Assembly (NCBI GenBank): GCA_002269645.1
Contig: NIVC01002902.1
Location: 66,686 to 130,685, forward strand
Reading direction: 5' to 3'
Length of the DNA stretch: 64,000 bases
Origin: Macrostomum lignano
Taxonomy: Eukaryota
Within the stretch, counting starts at the first letter, position 1. Every line of letters begins with the position of its first letter. A model generated the notes under the pieces. It saw only the letters and a list, made by a program, of their open reading frames with translations. It was not told where the DNA came from and did no database searches. The translations under genes were made by a program, and so were the position numbers. Of the stretch, positions 36,978-50,530 are shown in pieces.

Positions 36978-37715
36978 ATGAGCATTATTCTCTTGACGAT
37001 GTTCTTGGCTCTGGGCCTCACGCTCGGCAGTGACAACCAGCAGCTGTATGTCCTCATCAACGGATATCTCTGCATCAACGGCGAGTTTGTTGAGACCTAC
37101 TCAAGCGTACTCAACGAAGTCGGCTGCGCCGCTCTGTGCGCCCAAAACCAGCGCTGTCAGGCGTTCAGCCTGGCTGACGGTCCGTGCCAGCTGTTCGTGT
37201 TCGACAAGTGCAGCAAGTCGGTGAGGAGCTGCGGCTGCTCCAGGAGAGGCCGGGTGTTTGTCAAGCAGCGGCCGGGACTCGAGGCGGGCGCGCTGTGTCC
37301 GTCTGGCTACGGCATGGACCTGTGCGGAGTAAAGTACAGGCTGTACTCTGGCATCGGGACGTGGTGGCCGAGCAGGCAGAAGTGCGAGTCAGAGAGCGGT
37401 CTGGTCATCATGGCCGACGTGACCAGCAAGCAGGAGATGAGCCACGTGGACTCGATCTGCTCGAACTACAGCTCTGGACAGTCGATCTGGCTCGGAGGCC
37501 TCCAGCCAACAGGCAGTGCAGAGCCGGCTGGCGGCTGGTACTGGGTCGGCTGCAATGGCACCGTGGACGCTGCTCTGTGGGCCGACGGTGAGCCTAGCAA
37601 TTCGGGTAACGAAAACGTTATAATCAGATACCATGGCTTGGCTGGTCTGGCCGACTGTTCCGAGACATGCACAGTGTCTACCGTTCTGTGCGAGTGCGTC
37701 TCGCCCTTCGCCTGA
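36978..37715 (+). CDS. Secreted PAN/apple + C-type lectin domain protein
   Basis: Signal peptide; GCAALCAQNQRCQAFSLADGPCQLF (PAN); then CPSGY, TWWPSRQKCE, IWLGG, WADGEPSN and a terminal LCEC typical of a CTLD. First ATG at 36978. Confidence 0.88.
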   Translation: MSIILLTMFLALGLTLGSDNQQLYVLINGYLCINGEFVETYSSVLNEVGCAALCAQNQRCQAFSLADGPCQLFVFDKCSKSVRSCGCSRRGRVFVKQRPGLEAGALCPSGYGMDLCGVKYRLYSGIGTWWPSRQKCESESGLVIMADVTSKQEMSHVDSICSNYSSGQSIWLGGLQPTGSAEPAGGWYWVGCNGTVDAALWADGEPSNSGNENVIIRYHGLAGLADCSETCTVSTVLCECVSPFA

Positions 37716-38103
37716 TGCCCGGATGCTGCGCTGTGACAACAAGCTGATGCCAACTTCAGAGATCGGTCTGTGGAATAACTTTTAAATTATTAAATCTGAA
37801 AATTTAATTTACCAGCTCTTGAATATTAGCTGAACAGCGAATCGTCTTGATTTGTTTAAACTTTAAAGTTTGTGCCGTATCTTCTGAAGAAATGTACCGG
37901 ATATATGAATTTCAGTGTTTCGAATTACTCGTTGTTCTAGGACGCAACACAAATGCTCCATATTTTGTTTCAATTTTTATGTGCCATATTTTTATGGCAC
38001 AGTCTTTCATAATGCCAAAATGGCTTAGTCAAGTCTTTTGCATTGTGTATTGTTACGAGATCAAAGGCAGACATATGGTAGATTGTGTCTATGGTTTTGA
38101 AGG

Positions 38104-39250
38104 TACGAGGGGCGTACTGAAAGTTTTGAGATACGGCTGACTCATAAGTCACAACTGCACAACTTTTTATGTACACATTCTACCACCCTTAAGATGATTG
38201 AATATTAGTTTTTAGCCTTTGCGCTCCTGTCAATTTTTCATAATCACTCTTCAAAGTCAATACCCCCTACCAAACTGTACTTGCTCCAATGGAGTTGACA
38301 AGCCGCGACTTTCGTGCCATGATAGTTTACGACCAGCGAAAAGGTCTCACGCAGGAGCAGTGCGTTGAAAGTTTACGTGCTGCTTTTGGAGACCAAGCCC
38401 CTTTACGTGCCACAGTTTTTCGGTGGTACAGCGAATGTAAGCGGGGCCGAAGCAGCCTTGATGACGAGCCTTGGACGGGATGTCCAGCTTCCGCAGTCAC
38501 GTCCGAAAACATCACTGCTGTCTGGAGAATGATTGCCGAGGACCGGCGAGTGACTTGTGCAGAGATCTGAGAGGCTCTCGGCATTGGATCGGCAGCGGTT
38601 ACGACCATCCTGCACGACAAGCTGGGAACCTCCAAGCGGTGTGCCCGCTGGGTGTCCCACAACCTGACGGAGGACCAGAAAGCGGAGAGGGTGCGTTGGT
38701 GCGAGTTTATGCTCGAATGATTCGATTCTGGGACCTCAAAGCGATGCTGGGAGATCATCACAGCTAATGAGACCTGGGTCTACCAGTACGACCCGGAAAC
38801 CAAGCAGCAGTCGGCAGTTTGGCTCCTTCCGGACGATGCCACCCCAACGAAGGTCAAGCGGGCCCGCAGCGTCGGGAAGCAGATGGTGGCGACTTTCTTC
38901 AGTCAGGCTGGCCACCTGGTGACCGTAGCGCTCCAAGACAGACGGACAGTCAATGCCGACTGGTATATCAACCAGTGCCTGCCGCTCGTGCTCGATGCGT
39001 GGCGCAGACGCCGGCCGCGCACCGGACTTCGTGGCCTGCTCCTGCACCACGACAACGCCAGTGCGCACACGGCTGCTGCAACTTTGGCATTTCTGGCCCA
39101 GAATGGAGTCCAGTTGGTGACGCATCCTGCATATTCCCCTGACCTGGCACCCTGCGACTTTTTCTCTTCCTTTTGGTGAAGAACCAACTGCGTGCATGGG
39201 ACTCGGTTTGAGAGCCCTGAAGCAGCAAGATTCAAGTTCGAGCGAGTGGT
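38104..39250 (+). mobile_element. Inactive mariner element, 5' TIR present, 3' end not found
   Basis: TA followed by CGAGGGGCGTACTGAAAGTT, which I recall as irritans/Bytmar-like. Transposase from 38289 has WVSHNL, HDNASAH and YSPDLAPCD (D34D), stops at 38568 and 38718, first catalytic D changed to N (ANETW), and a frameshift near 39170. Confidence 0.9.
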
Positions 39251-39447
39251 GTCAGCATGCAGTGCCAAAATAAAAACACTTATTCACAAAACATTTCTGT
39301 AAGGTGCGAGTACTTCTAACGCAGAAAGTCACAATTTCAATTTGGATACACGATCAGCTCTACTCAGAGCAGCAGTATAGATGAGGAAAGTCAACAAAAG
39401 AAGGTTTGATTCAAACCTAAAAGTTGCCTAACAGGCTGTAGTACTCG

Positions 39448-39455
39448 TATATAAA
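39448..39455 (+). promoter_or_regulatory. Candidate TATA box for WSC-PAN paralog 3
   Basis: TATATAAA ~45 bp upstream of ATG 39497. Confidence 0.4.
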
Positions 39456-39496
39456 GCAGTGAGACAAGAGTTCTCAGCACAAGAAAAGAGACCAAG

Positions 39497-41038
39497 ATGT
39501 CTCCTCTTGTCTATCGCCCGGCAGTCTTGGCAGCAGCCTGCTACTCTCTCCTACTGGTCATTGGCGTCACCGCTGCTCGAGTCATTCAAGTCTCCTACAT
39601 TGGCTGCTTCATGGACAACAGCACCAGGGACATGAGAGGCTTGTCAAGAATCAGGAGTGTCGGCGAAATCTCCGTTTCGGATTCAAAGGTGTCGAGCGAT
39701 AACATGACTCAGGAGTTCTGCAGCGGCTTCTGTGCACTTGGAGGCTTCCCGTACTTCGGGTTGCAGTACGCAAGGGCCTGTTACTGCAGCTGGGACTTCG
39801 GCTCGGTCGGACCTGCCAAGGAAAGCGACTGCAATATAACTTGCAACGGAAACTCCAGTCAGATCTGTGGAGGCTTTTGGCGAAATTCGGTGTTCGCTCT
39901 GACCTATCCGAGTGAGTTTGTCTGCACTCAGATTGCACTCCAATCAGAATTGGTGTACCATTTCTTTTAGCATATACATGCAGCCTCAAGCAGTCTAAGT
40001 GATGAATTGAAACGAAACGCGAGTTCATAGCAACAAGACATTAATGATCAATTACTGCATTTAGGCCGTATTTAAATATTATATTGCAATAGATGGCGAC
40101 TTATCGCGTTCAGAACTGAACTTTAGTTCACTAGTCTAGCTATTCATTAGACTAGCTGCGAGTGTAGCACTATGGCTATTGATCGAATAGTTAAGAAGCA
40201 GAAGACGTACATTCACAGCGACAGAATTCACAGTTTCTGAGGAACATGCACGTGCCATCCCGAACGGAGCATTTTCTCCAGCAATCAACGGAGACAATGA
40301 AGCAGGTGCTTTTGTTAACCAAACAGAAGATGAAGATTAGACTTTGACGCCTCAGAAATCCCATCATTCAGTCGGATGTAGCATCGGAGCATCGGAGTAC
40401 AGTATTCTGCACTTGCACTTCTATTTTTTTATGCCTCTGCTTCTGCTTCTGTTCCCGCTTCTGTTCCTGCTTCTCTCACTCTTTAGAAATGTGTCTGCTT
40501 TAGAATCTACTCTGCTTTCTCTACAAGTATATTCCATGCATGTAACCCATTACCGGTCAGGATGTTTGACCAAAGGCAGTGCTTCGCTTTAAAAAATCTC
40601 ACATGAGTCTTACTGCAAGTCAAAAAAGTTTACTCATGTCTTTTAAAAGATTTTCTTGACTAGCAAGAATTTCTACCGAGATTCTCTTAATATCATATCT
40701 ATTCATAGCGTCCATTGAGCCAAAGTTCATACATTTCTTGACGTCTTGACGTCTATTCTTACAGATGCTTTAACTAAAATTAGCCCTGCTTGTTTGCTTC
40801 AGAGCGGAGCTGCTTCAAGCAGTCGCAGATGCCCAACCTCAACGTCTCGTCGACCCTGCCAACCTCCTGGAGTCTCGCCGCCCAAACAGCTCTGGACTGC
40901 CTGATCCCGTGCGAGGCCTCAGCTGACTGCCAGGCTGTGATTTTCTCTGGCCAGCAGCGCCTGTGCCACCTGCTGAGGTTCGCCTACCCGCCTGCCAGTC
41001 TGAGCAGCACCGATGGAGACTACTTTCTGCGCGGCTGA
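39497..41038 (+). CDS. Secreted WSC + PAN/apple-like protein, paralog 3 (exons 39497-39911, 40803-41038)
   Basis: Signal peptide, clear WSC domain (YIGCFMD...MTQEFCSGFC...YFGLQY...CYC...CNGNSSQICGG). Phase-1 intron GTGAGT 39912 to TTCAG 40802 joins in frame to a PAN-like exon (DCLIPC...DCQAV...LCHLL). Confidence 0.87.
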
Positions 41039-41575
41039 GTCTGCAGTTGCTAAAGAAACATTAAATGGCTTCACAACTATATCTGAGAGCCACTGGGGAT
41101 ATGAAAGTCTATAAAAATCGGCCTCCTACTTTTGATAAATATTTGCCAAATAAAGAGTCTCAAAACTGTAATAGTTACAAAGAACAGAAGGCATGCAACA
41201 AAACTTATAGTGTGTGTAAGTATTAGTTCTTGGCTCTGAACAGCTCAAGATGAATCTGAATGGAATCATTGATATGCTTTAAATTGCTGCTTTAAAACAT
41301 TGCTACTAAAACACACAAAAATTTGTAAGGAAACATTGCCAAGTTGGAAGCAAAGGCACTTCAGAATCCTGAGTAAAACACATTTCTTATTTTAAATAAA
41401 CCATTTTAAACATTAAACATTAAATAACCTTTGGCTTATCGATATGCATGTAGAAGAAAACAACCAGAAGACCTCACTATTCCTTTGAATCCACAAGTAC
41501 ATACATAATACATAGCATACGCTTAGCTCTATGGGCTCAATCGACGCTATGAATAGATATTGAGAAAATCTTCTT

Positions 41576-43749
41576 TCTTATATACTAAATCTCTAATCTA
41601 TGTCTGTCTGTCTGTCTGTGTAAAACGCTCTACAGACTGCAATTCTTGACCAATTTTGATCGCGTTTTCACCAAAAAATTGCAACTCAGCCAAGGATTGT
41701 ATGGTTCAAAATTTCTTTTATCTGCTTCACTTCTAAAGGTCTTAAATATTAAAAAAACTGTATTTTCCCTATCTAATTAGTGCATTTTTCTCGCAGTGAG
41801 AGCTCGAAAAATAATAATACGTCTATGGCCATAGACTAAACTTTAACTTCTTGAGCTGATGCTACGAGCTATAAATAATTAAATATTCGCAAGCTTCAGA
41901 GTATGCACGTGGGAGATAAAATACGCGTATAATAAATTACGCGTAGCTTGTACCTGCCTGGACTAATCGCTAAAATGCAGACGATGCAAAATCTTCGTTG
42001 CATTGATGTGCAAAAGACTGCCAATATCTATCGAAAATTGATTATATAATGAGCCGTACAATTATTGAAAGGATCATTGCAGCTTCCTGAGGATACTGAG
42101 GAGCCAGCAAAGAGGAAAACTGCAGACTGCTGAGGGGATAAATGAGAATTGTTGTAGACTGCAAATGGAATGATCAAATATCGAAGGGATCATTCATTTA
42201 AACTGAAAAGTTGAAAAACGAAAAACTGCTGAGGTAGTTCCTCCAGACTTATGAGTGTATAGCTGCAAACTTCCGATGGGATAACTATCTACAGAGTTTA
42301 AGTGGATAATAACTGTGAATGATTAAGTGCAAGTTGTTGAGGGGATAACTGCAGACTGCTGAGTGAAGGTTTTGATTCATAGTAACTGGGGGAATTGCTG
42401 AGATGACAAGGCTTACTGGGGGAATCGCTGAGATGTCAAGGCTTACTTTGGGGAATTGCTGAGATGTCAAGGCTTACTGGGGAGAATTGCTGAGTTGTCA
42501 AGGCTTACTGGGGGAATTGCTGCGACTTCAAGGCTAATTGGGGGAATTTCCGAGATTTCAAGGCTTACTGGGGGAATTCTGAGATGTCAAGGCTAACTGG
42601 GGGAATTACTGAGATGTCAAGGCTAACTGGGGGAATTGCTGAGTTGTCAAGGCTAACTGGGGGAATTACTGAGATGTCAAGGCTAACTGGGGGAATTGCT
42701 GAGTTGTCAAGGCTTACTGGGGGAATTGCTGCGACTTCAAGGCTAATTGGGGGAATTTCCGAGATTTCAAGGCTTACTGGGGGAATTCTGAGATGTCAAG
42801 GCTTACTGGGGGAATTACTGAGATGTCAAGGCTTACTAAGGGAATTTCTGAGATGTCATGCCTTACTGGGGAAATTGATGAGATGTCATCAAGGCTTATG
42901 GCATATTGAGCTCCTGCTGCGGACCAGAATACGCCCAGGCCAATGACGACATGCACTAAGAGCTTGTGCTTGAAAGGATAAGTACTATTTGCTGAATGAG
43001 AAAGGCTTTTGGGCTGATGAAGGAAACTTTGGCTGGTGAAGGTTTTGATTCATGGCAACTGGGGGAATTGCTGAGATGACAAGGCTTATTTGGGGGAATT
43101 GCTGGGATGTCAAGGCTTGGGGAGAATTGCTGAGTTGTTAAGGCTTATTTGGGGGAATTGCTGAGATTTCAAGGCTTGCTGGGGGGAATTGCTGAGATGT
43201 CAAGGCTTACTCGGGGAATTGCTGAGATTTCAAGGCTTACTCGGGGAATTGCTGAGATTTCAAGGCTTGCTGGGGGAATTGCTGATATGTCAAGGCTTAC
43301 TAGGAGGAATTGCTGAGATGTCAAGGCTAACTGGGGGAATTGCTGAGATGTCAAGGCTAACTGGGGGAATTACTGAGATGTCAAGGCTTACTGGGGAATT
43401 GCTGAGATGTCAAGGCTTACTGGGGGAAGTGCTGAGTTGTCAAGGCTTACTGGTGGAATTGCTGAGATTTCAAGGCTTAATCGGGAAATTGCTGAGATTT
43501 CAAGGCTTGCTGGGGGGAATTGCTGAGATGTCAAGGCTTACTGGGAGGAATTGCTGAGATGTCAAGGCTTACTGGGGGGAATTACTGAGATGTCAAGGCT
43601 TACTGAGGGAATTGCTGAGATGTCAAGGCTTACTGGGGGAATCACTGAGATGTCAAGGCTTACTGGGGGTAAGGTTATTACTCATAGGCCAAAATAAAAA
43701 CCATTTAGCGTCATTCTTGCGTCCCCCAACGGGGGGCTTAAATTGCTAG
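41576..43749 (+). mobile_element. Non-autonomous Helitron-type element E1 with internal ~30-bp minisatellite
   Basis: 5' TC..tatactaaa plus (tctg)n. 3' hairpin cccccaacggggg then CTAG at 43746-43749. A second copy lies at 51170-53012. Confidence 0.72.
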
Positions 43750-44097
43750 TCTTCTAAATATACTAAATCTCTAAGGTTTGTTTGTATGTTTGTCCATAAC
43801 GCTCTAGAGACTGCAATTCTTCACCGATTTTCATCGCGTTTTCGCCAAAAGATTCAAAATTGTCTGGAAAGAAGACAGTTAAAATTTATTGTATCTGCTT
43901 CAATGCTTAAGGGATTAAATATTCGAAAAACTGTTTTAAATGGGCTTTTTCAATGCAAATTTTATCAGCGAGAAACTTCACAGTCAATTTTAATTGATTG
44001 CGCCAGAGCCAACTGATAAGAAAACTCACTGGGCCTCACTTAAAGGGGGGCAATAAAAATTTATTCTGGCTGCTGGCAGCCAGCTCTAATTAGCTAG
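43750..44097 (+). mobile_element. Short non-autonomous Helitron-type element E2
   Basis: Starts TC..atatactaaa directly after the E1 CTAG; ends with hairpin gctggcagccagc and CTAG 44094-44097. Confidence 0.65.
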
Positions 44098-44468
44098 TCT
44101 CCTATATACTAAAAATGAAAATCTTGCTTGCTTGCTTGTATGCAATCGATTATCTCCCGAACGGCTCAACCGATTTTCTCCGTTTCTTCGCCAAAACATG
44201 TCAAATGTGCCCGGGACGGTACATGTAATTTTATTAAGCTCTAGCTCAATGCTAAGGGGATTAAATATTCGAAAAACTGTTTTAAATGGCCTTTTTAGTG
44301 TATTTTTTTATCAGCCTGCGCGCAGCGAGAAACTTCACAGCCAATTTTAATGATTGCGCCAGAGCCAACTGATAAGAAAATTCACTTTGCCCCACTGCCC
44401 AGATAATTACTCTATTTAACTTGCGTAACCAATTAAGGGGGGGGGGTATAATAAAAATTCTGGATGCT
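44098..44468 (+). mobile_element. Helitron-type element E3, 3' end not recognised
   Basis: TCtcctatatactaaaa plus (gctt)n directly after the E2 CTAG; internal sequence related to E2. Confidence 0.55.
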
Positions 44469-45378
44469 TCCAATATACTAAAAATCAAAACTATGTACCT
44501 ACCTACCTACCTACCTATCTACCTATCTATAGGAACCTTCGTTTAACTTGACATTGCGTGGTCGGAATTTCGTGGGGTTTGCTGCATTCGATGCGTATTG
44601 ATGGTGCGCTGGTACACAAAATTTTGCTAAGAAATCGCTTCATTTTTTAGGGATTAAATATTCGAAAAACTCGATTTTTGTCCCGTTTTTTTTTAGTTTA
44701 AACAGTTTTTTTCCGATTAAGAAGCGTTCTGACTGCCGATGGAATTGTATTGCATCATAACTCAGTGCCAACTATAGCATTGGTTCTCTACACTCGCGTG
44801 GAGAGCTACAAGCGTTGAAAGGTTGCGCAACACATTTTAGTTATTGAAATTGAGGGGCGGGTGTCGCTATTCAATTTGGCTTGGTTGTGAATTTCAATGC
44901 ATCAACTTGCAGGCCTCTCACAGTAGCTGGCGCTGAATGTACACCTTATGAATTTGAATGCTTTAAAGCAGGAATGTTGAATCGTTGTTTGTGCTTCGAG
45001 TTTTTCACTTTCAGAAGAGAGCCTTGTATTGCTGAAAAGAGCTAGGAACGCTGAGTTCGGGAATATAACTCATTTGCTGAGATTCGAAAAATGAAAAACA
45101 CAGCATTAAAAAGAAAATTTCTATACTTTTTACTTTAAATGCTCATTGTACATCTCCAGTATCGCAAACCCCTACTTTATCACAACTCCACAATTCAAGC
45201 CAGCGCCATTTGATTTAGATTTAGATTGCGTAACCATATTGTTCACTTTAATAGTTGAAACTGATATTGCCTGCCTGAGAAATTGATTATGTTATAACTT
45301 GCTTCGAGTGATTTCTACTCTATGCTTGGAGTTTTCAGTGTTGAATTATATATGTGCTACAATTCATGTTATCAAAAC

Positions 45379-45438
45379 GATGAGTTAGCCTAGAGGTGAA
45401 CAGACTGAACTGCTAATGCAGCGACGTGGGTTCGAATT
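45379..45438 (+). other. tRNA-Ser(GCU)-like fragment (second copy 48230-48289)
   Basis: GATGAGTTAGCCTAGAGG...ACTGCTAAT...CGTGGGTTCGAAT resembles tRNA-Ser A box, anticodon loop and B box; it stops after the B box. Confidence 0.35.
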
Positions 45439-48400
45439 TTTAGAGTAAAAGTTTTTTATTAAAAAATTTTAACTTGAAAAAAACGTCCGGTAAATCAAGT
45501 AAAAGAGAAGAAGCTACGAGCGTTCATGTAGTAGATTCAAATTTTTTATTAAACTTTGAATTTTGAAAAGGATTATTGCACTAGATAAGAAACTAATTAT
45601 TGTACTAGCTGAGTAAATTGTTTCACTGTCTTGCTTGGGTTACTTTCTATCAGGGGATGCTTGCTATCAAAAGGACGCTTGCTCTTAGGGCATGCTCGAT
45701 CGGGTGAGATTGCTAAGATGTCAAGACATACTGGGGAATTATTCAGATATGCAGGCTTACTGGGGAATTACTGAGATTTCAAGCCTTAAAGGGACTTGCT
45801 GAGATGCCAAAGAAATTGCTGAGGTTTAAAGGCGTGGGGGAATTTCTGAGATGTCAGGCATTTGGACGGGGAGAAATTGCTAAGTTGTGAAGACCTACTG
45901 AGGAAATCACTGAGCCTTGACACCTCAGTTCATTCTCTCTTAAGCTTTGACATCTCAGCAATTCGCTCTCAAGGCTGAAGAGGGACTTTCTGAGATGCCA
46001 AGGCTTGGTGGGGGGATTGCTGAGATGTTAAGGCTTGGGGGATTTCTGAGATATAAAGGCTTAATAAGGGAACTGCTGGCGTCGGGGGGGAATTTCTAAA
46101 ATGTCAAGGCTTGGGGAATCGCTGAGATGTTAGGTTTTGGACGGGGAGAAATTGCTAAGATGTCAAGACTTACTGGGGGAATCACTGAGATATAAAGGCT
46201 TACTTGGAGGACTGCTGAGATGCCAAGGCTTACTGGGGGAATCACTGAGATATAAAGGCTTACTTGGAGGACTGCTGAGATGTCAAGTCTTGGCGGGGAA
46301 ATTCCTAAAATTTCAAGTCTTGAGAGCGAATTGCTGAGATGTCAAAGCTTAAGAGAGAATTACTGAGGTCTCTAGGCTTGGGGGGAATTGTTGAGATGTC
46401 AAGTCTTGGGGGGGAATTCTGTGGATTGGGGATTCCTTCCATGAGGGCTGCTTCTAATGGATATCTTTAGATAGGTGATTCATTGGGAAATTCCATCGAT
46501 GCGGGGTTCTTTCGATGGAGGTTTCTTTGAATGGGGGATTCTATAGATGAAAGATTCTTTCGATAAAGGGATCCTTTGAATATGATGGGATTGTTTGGAC
46601 GGGGATTCTTTAGATGAGGGGATTCTTTAGCCCAGGATGTTTGTCCATAACGCTCTAGAGACTGCAATTCTTCACCGATTTTCATCGCGTTTTCGCCAAA
46701 AGATTCAAAATTGTCTGGAAAGAAGACAGTTAAAATTTATTGTATCTGCTTCAATGCTTAAGGGATTAAATATTCGAAAAACTGTTTTAAATGGGCTTTT
46801 TCAATGCAAATTTTATCAGCGAGAAACTTCACAGTCAATTTTAATTGATTGCGCCAGAGCCAACTGATAAGAAAACTCACTGGGCCTCACTTAAAGGGGG
46901 GCAATAAAAATTTATTCTGGCTGCTGGCAGCCAGCTCTAATTAGCTAGTCTCCTATATACTAAAAATGAAAATCTTGCTTGCTTGCTTGTATGCAATCGA
47001 TTATCTCCCGAACGGCTCAACCGATTTTCTCCGTTTCTTCGCCAAAACATGTCAAATGTGCCCGGGACGGTACATGTAATTTTATTAAGCTCTAGCTCAA
47101 TGCTAAGGGGATTAAATATTCGAAAAACTGTTTTAAATGGCCTTTTTAGTGTATTTTTTTATCAGCCTGCGCGCAGCGAGAAACTTCACAGCCAATTTTA
47201 ATGATTGCGCCAGAGCCAACTGATAAGAAAATTCACTTTGCCCCACTGCCCAGATAATTACTCTATTTAACTTGCGTAACCAATTAAGGGGGGGGGGTAT
47301 AATAAAAATTCTGGATGCTTCCAATATACTAAAAATCAAAACTATGTACCTACCTACCTACCTACCTATCTACCTATCTATAGGAACCTTCGTTTAACTT
47401 GACATTGCGTGGTCGGAATTTCGTGGGGTTTGCTGCATTCGATGCGTATTGATGGTGCGCTGGTACACAAAATTTTGCTAAGAAATCGCTTCATTTTTTA
47501 GGGATTAAATATTCGAAAAACTCGATTTTTGTCCCGTTTTTTTTTAGTTTAAACAGTTTTTTTCCGATTAAGAAGCGTTCTGACTGCCGATGGAATTGTA
47601 TTGCATCATAACTCAGTGCCAACTATAGCATTGGTTCTCTACACTCGCGTGGAGAGCTACAAGCGTTGAAAGGTTGCGCAACACATTTTAGTTATTGAAA
47701 TTGAGGGGCGGGTGTCGCTATTCAATTTGGCTTGGTTGTGAATTTCAATGCATCAACTTGCAGGCCTCTCACAGTAGCTGGCGCTGAATGTACACCTTAT
47801 GAATTTGAATGCTTTAAAGCAGGAATGTTGAATCGTTGTTTGTGCTTCGAGTTTTTCACTTTCAGAAGAGAGCCTTGTATTGCTGAAAAGAGCTAGGAAC
47901 GCTGAGTTCGGGAATATAACTCATTTGCTGAGATTCGAAAAATGAAAAACACAGCATTAAAAAGAAAATTTCTATACTTTTTACTTTAAATGCTCATTGT
48001 ACATCTCCAGTATCGCAAACCCCTACTTTATCACAACTCCACAATTCAAGCCAGCGCCATTTGATTTAGATTTAGATTGCGTAACCATATTGTTCACTTT
48101 AATAGTTGAAACTGATATTGCCTGCCTGAGAAATTGATTATGTTATAACTTGCTTCGAGTGATTTCTACTCTATGCTTGGAGTTTTCAGTGTTGAATTAT
48201 ATATGTGCTACAATTCATGTTATCAAAACGATGAGTTAGCCTAGAGGTGAACAGACTGAACTGCTAATGCAGCGACGTGGGTTCGAATTTTTAGAGTAAA
48301 AGTTTTTTATTAAAAAATTTTAACTTGAAAAAAACGTCCGGTAAATCAAGTAAAAGAGAAGAAGCTACGAGCGTTCATGTAGTAGATTCAAATTTTTTAT

Positions 48401-49489
48401 TAAACTTTGAATTTTGAAAAGGATTATTGCACTAGATAAGAAACTAATTATTGTACTAGCTGAGTAAATTGTTTCACTGTCTTGCTTGGGTTACTTTCTA
48501 TCAGGGGATGCTTGCTATCAAAAGGACGCTTGCTCTTAGGGCATGCTCGATCGGGTGAGATTGCTAAGATGTCAAGACATACTGGGGAATTATTCAGATA
48601 TGCAGGCTTACTGGGGAATTACTGAGATTTCAAGCCTTAAAGGGACTTGCTGAGATGCCAAAGAAATTGCTGAGGTTTAAAGGCGTGGGGGAATTTCTGA
48701 GATGTCAGGCATTTGGACGGGGAGAAATTGCTAAGTTGTGAAGACCTACTGAGGAAATCACTGAGCCTTGACACCTCAGTTCATTCTCTCTTAAGCTTTG
48801 ACATCTCAGCAATTCGCTCTCAAGGCTGAAGAGGGACTTTCTGAGATGCCAAGGCTTGGTGGGGGATTGCTGAGATGTTAAGGCTTGGGGGGATTTCTGA
48901 GATATAAAGGCTTAATAAGGGAACTGCTGGCGTCGGGGGGGAATTTCTAAAATGTCAAGGCTTGGGGAATCGCTGAGATGTTAGGTTTTGGACGGGGAGA
49001 AATTGCTAAGATGTCAAGACTTACTGGGGGAATCACTGAGATATAAAGGCTTACTTGGAGGACTGCTGAGATGCCAAGGCTTACTGGGGGAATCACTGAG
49101 ATATAAAGGCTTACTTGGAGGACTGCTGAGATGTCAAGTCTTGGCGGGGAAATTCCTAAAATTTCAAGTCTTGAGAGCGAATTGCTGAGATGTCAAAGCT
49201 TAAGAGAGAATTACTGAGGTCTCTAGGCTTGGGGGGAATTGTTGAGATGTCAAGTCTTGGGGGGGAATTCTGTGGATTGGGGATTCCTTCCATGAGGGCT
49301 GCTTCTAATGGATATCTTTAGATAGGTGATTCATTGGGAAATTCCATCGATGCGGGGTTCTTTCGATGGAGGTTTCTTTGAATGGGGGATTCTATAGATG
49401 AAAGATTCTTTCGATAAAGGGATCCTTTGAATATGATGGGATTGTTTGGACGGGGATTCTTTAGATGAGGGGATTCTTTAGCCCAGGAT

Positions 49490-50530
49490 TTTATTGATGG
49501 GGATTATTTGGACGGGGGATTCTTTGGATTCTTTGGATGGAGATTTTTTGGAGTATGATTCTTTGGATTATTTGGACGGGGTTCTTTAGATGAGGGGACT
49601 CTTTGGCCAATGCTTCTTTTGATGGAGGTTTATTGAGATGAGTGTATCTTTGCATTATTTTGATCGGGATTCTGTGGATGGGGATTATTTGGATTGGGAT
49701 TCTTTGGAGGGGGATTTTTCGGATATGGATGGAGGTCGGGGATTCTTTGGATATGAATCGATGGGGTGATTCTTTGTATAGGGATGGATGTGGGGATAGG
49801 GATGGATCGGGGGATAGGGATGGATGTGGGGATAGGGATGATGGGGGGATAGGGATGGATCGGGGGGGTTCTTTGGATAGGGATGGATGGGGGATTCTTT
49901 GGATATGGATGGATGGGGGGGATAGGGATGGATCGGGGGATTCTTTGGATAGGGATGGATGGGGGGATATGGATGGATCTGGGGAATTCTTTGGATAGGG
50001 ATGGATGGGGGATTCTTTGGATATGGATGGATGGGGGATTCTTTGGATATGGATGGATGGGGGATTCTTTGGATATGGATGGATGGGGGATTCTTTGGAA
50101 ATGGATGGATGGGGGATTCTTTGGATATGGATGGATGGGGGGGTTCTTTGGATATGGATGGATGGGGGGTTCTTTGGATATGGATGGATGGGGGATTCTT
50201 TGGATATGGATGGATGGGGGATTCTTTGGATATGGATGGATGGGGGGATTCTTTGGCTAGGGGATTCTGTCGATGGGGGATTCATTGGAAGGGGAATTCT
50301 TCGGATCGGGGATTCTATCGATAGGGGTTCTTTGGATGGGGATTCTCTGCATGTAATATTCTATGGATGGGCAATTTTTCAGATAGGAGGAAGGAGGATT
50401 CATTCAATGGGGAATTCTTCGGATCGGGGATTCTATCGATGGGAGGTTTTTTTGGATGGGGGCTTTTTGCATGTGAGATTCTTTGTATCGTGGATTCTAT
50501 GGGTGGTGGATTCTTTGAATGGGGGATTCT
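49490..50530. repeat. Degenerate G-rich low-complexity repeat (ggatggatgggggattcttt-like)
   Basis: Imperfect tandem repeats producing spurious G/M/D/W-rich ORFs. Confidence 0.9.

Larger units (their letters stand above)
43785..49487. repeat. 2851-bp tandem duplication (43785-46636 and 46636-49487)
   Basis: Identical ORF-track entries offset by exactly 2851 bp (43786/46637, 44132/46983, 46137/48988). Confidence 0.95.

Noticed and set aside
38104-39250. Active mariner transposon
   Set aside because: Two nonsense codons, a catalytic D-to-N change, a frameshift and no 3' TIR.
34312-39268. Antisense and alternative-frame ORFs overlapping the lectin and transposase genes
   Set aside because: Shadow ORFs of GC-rich coding sequence with no independent motifs.
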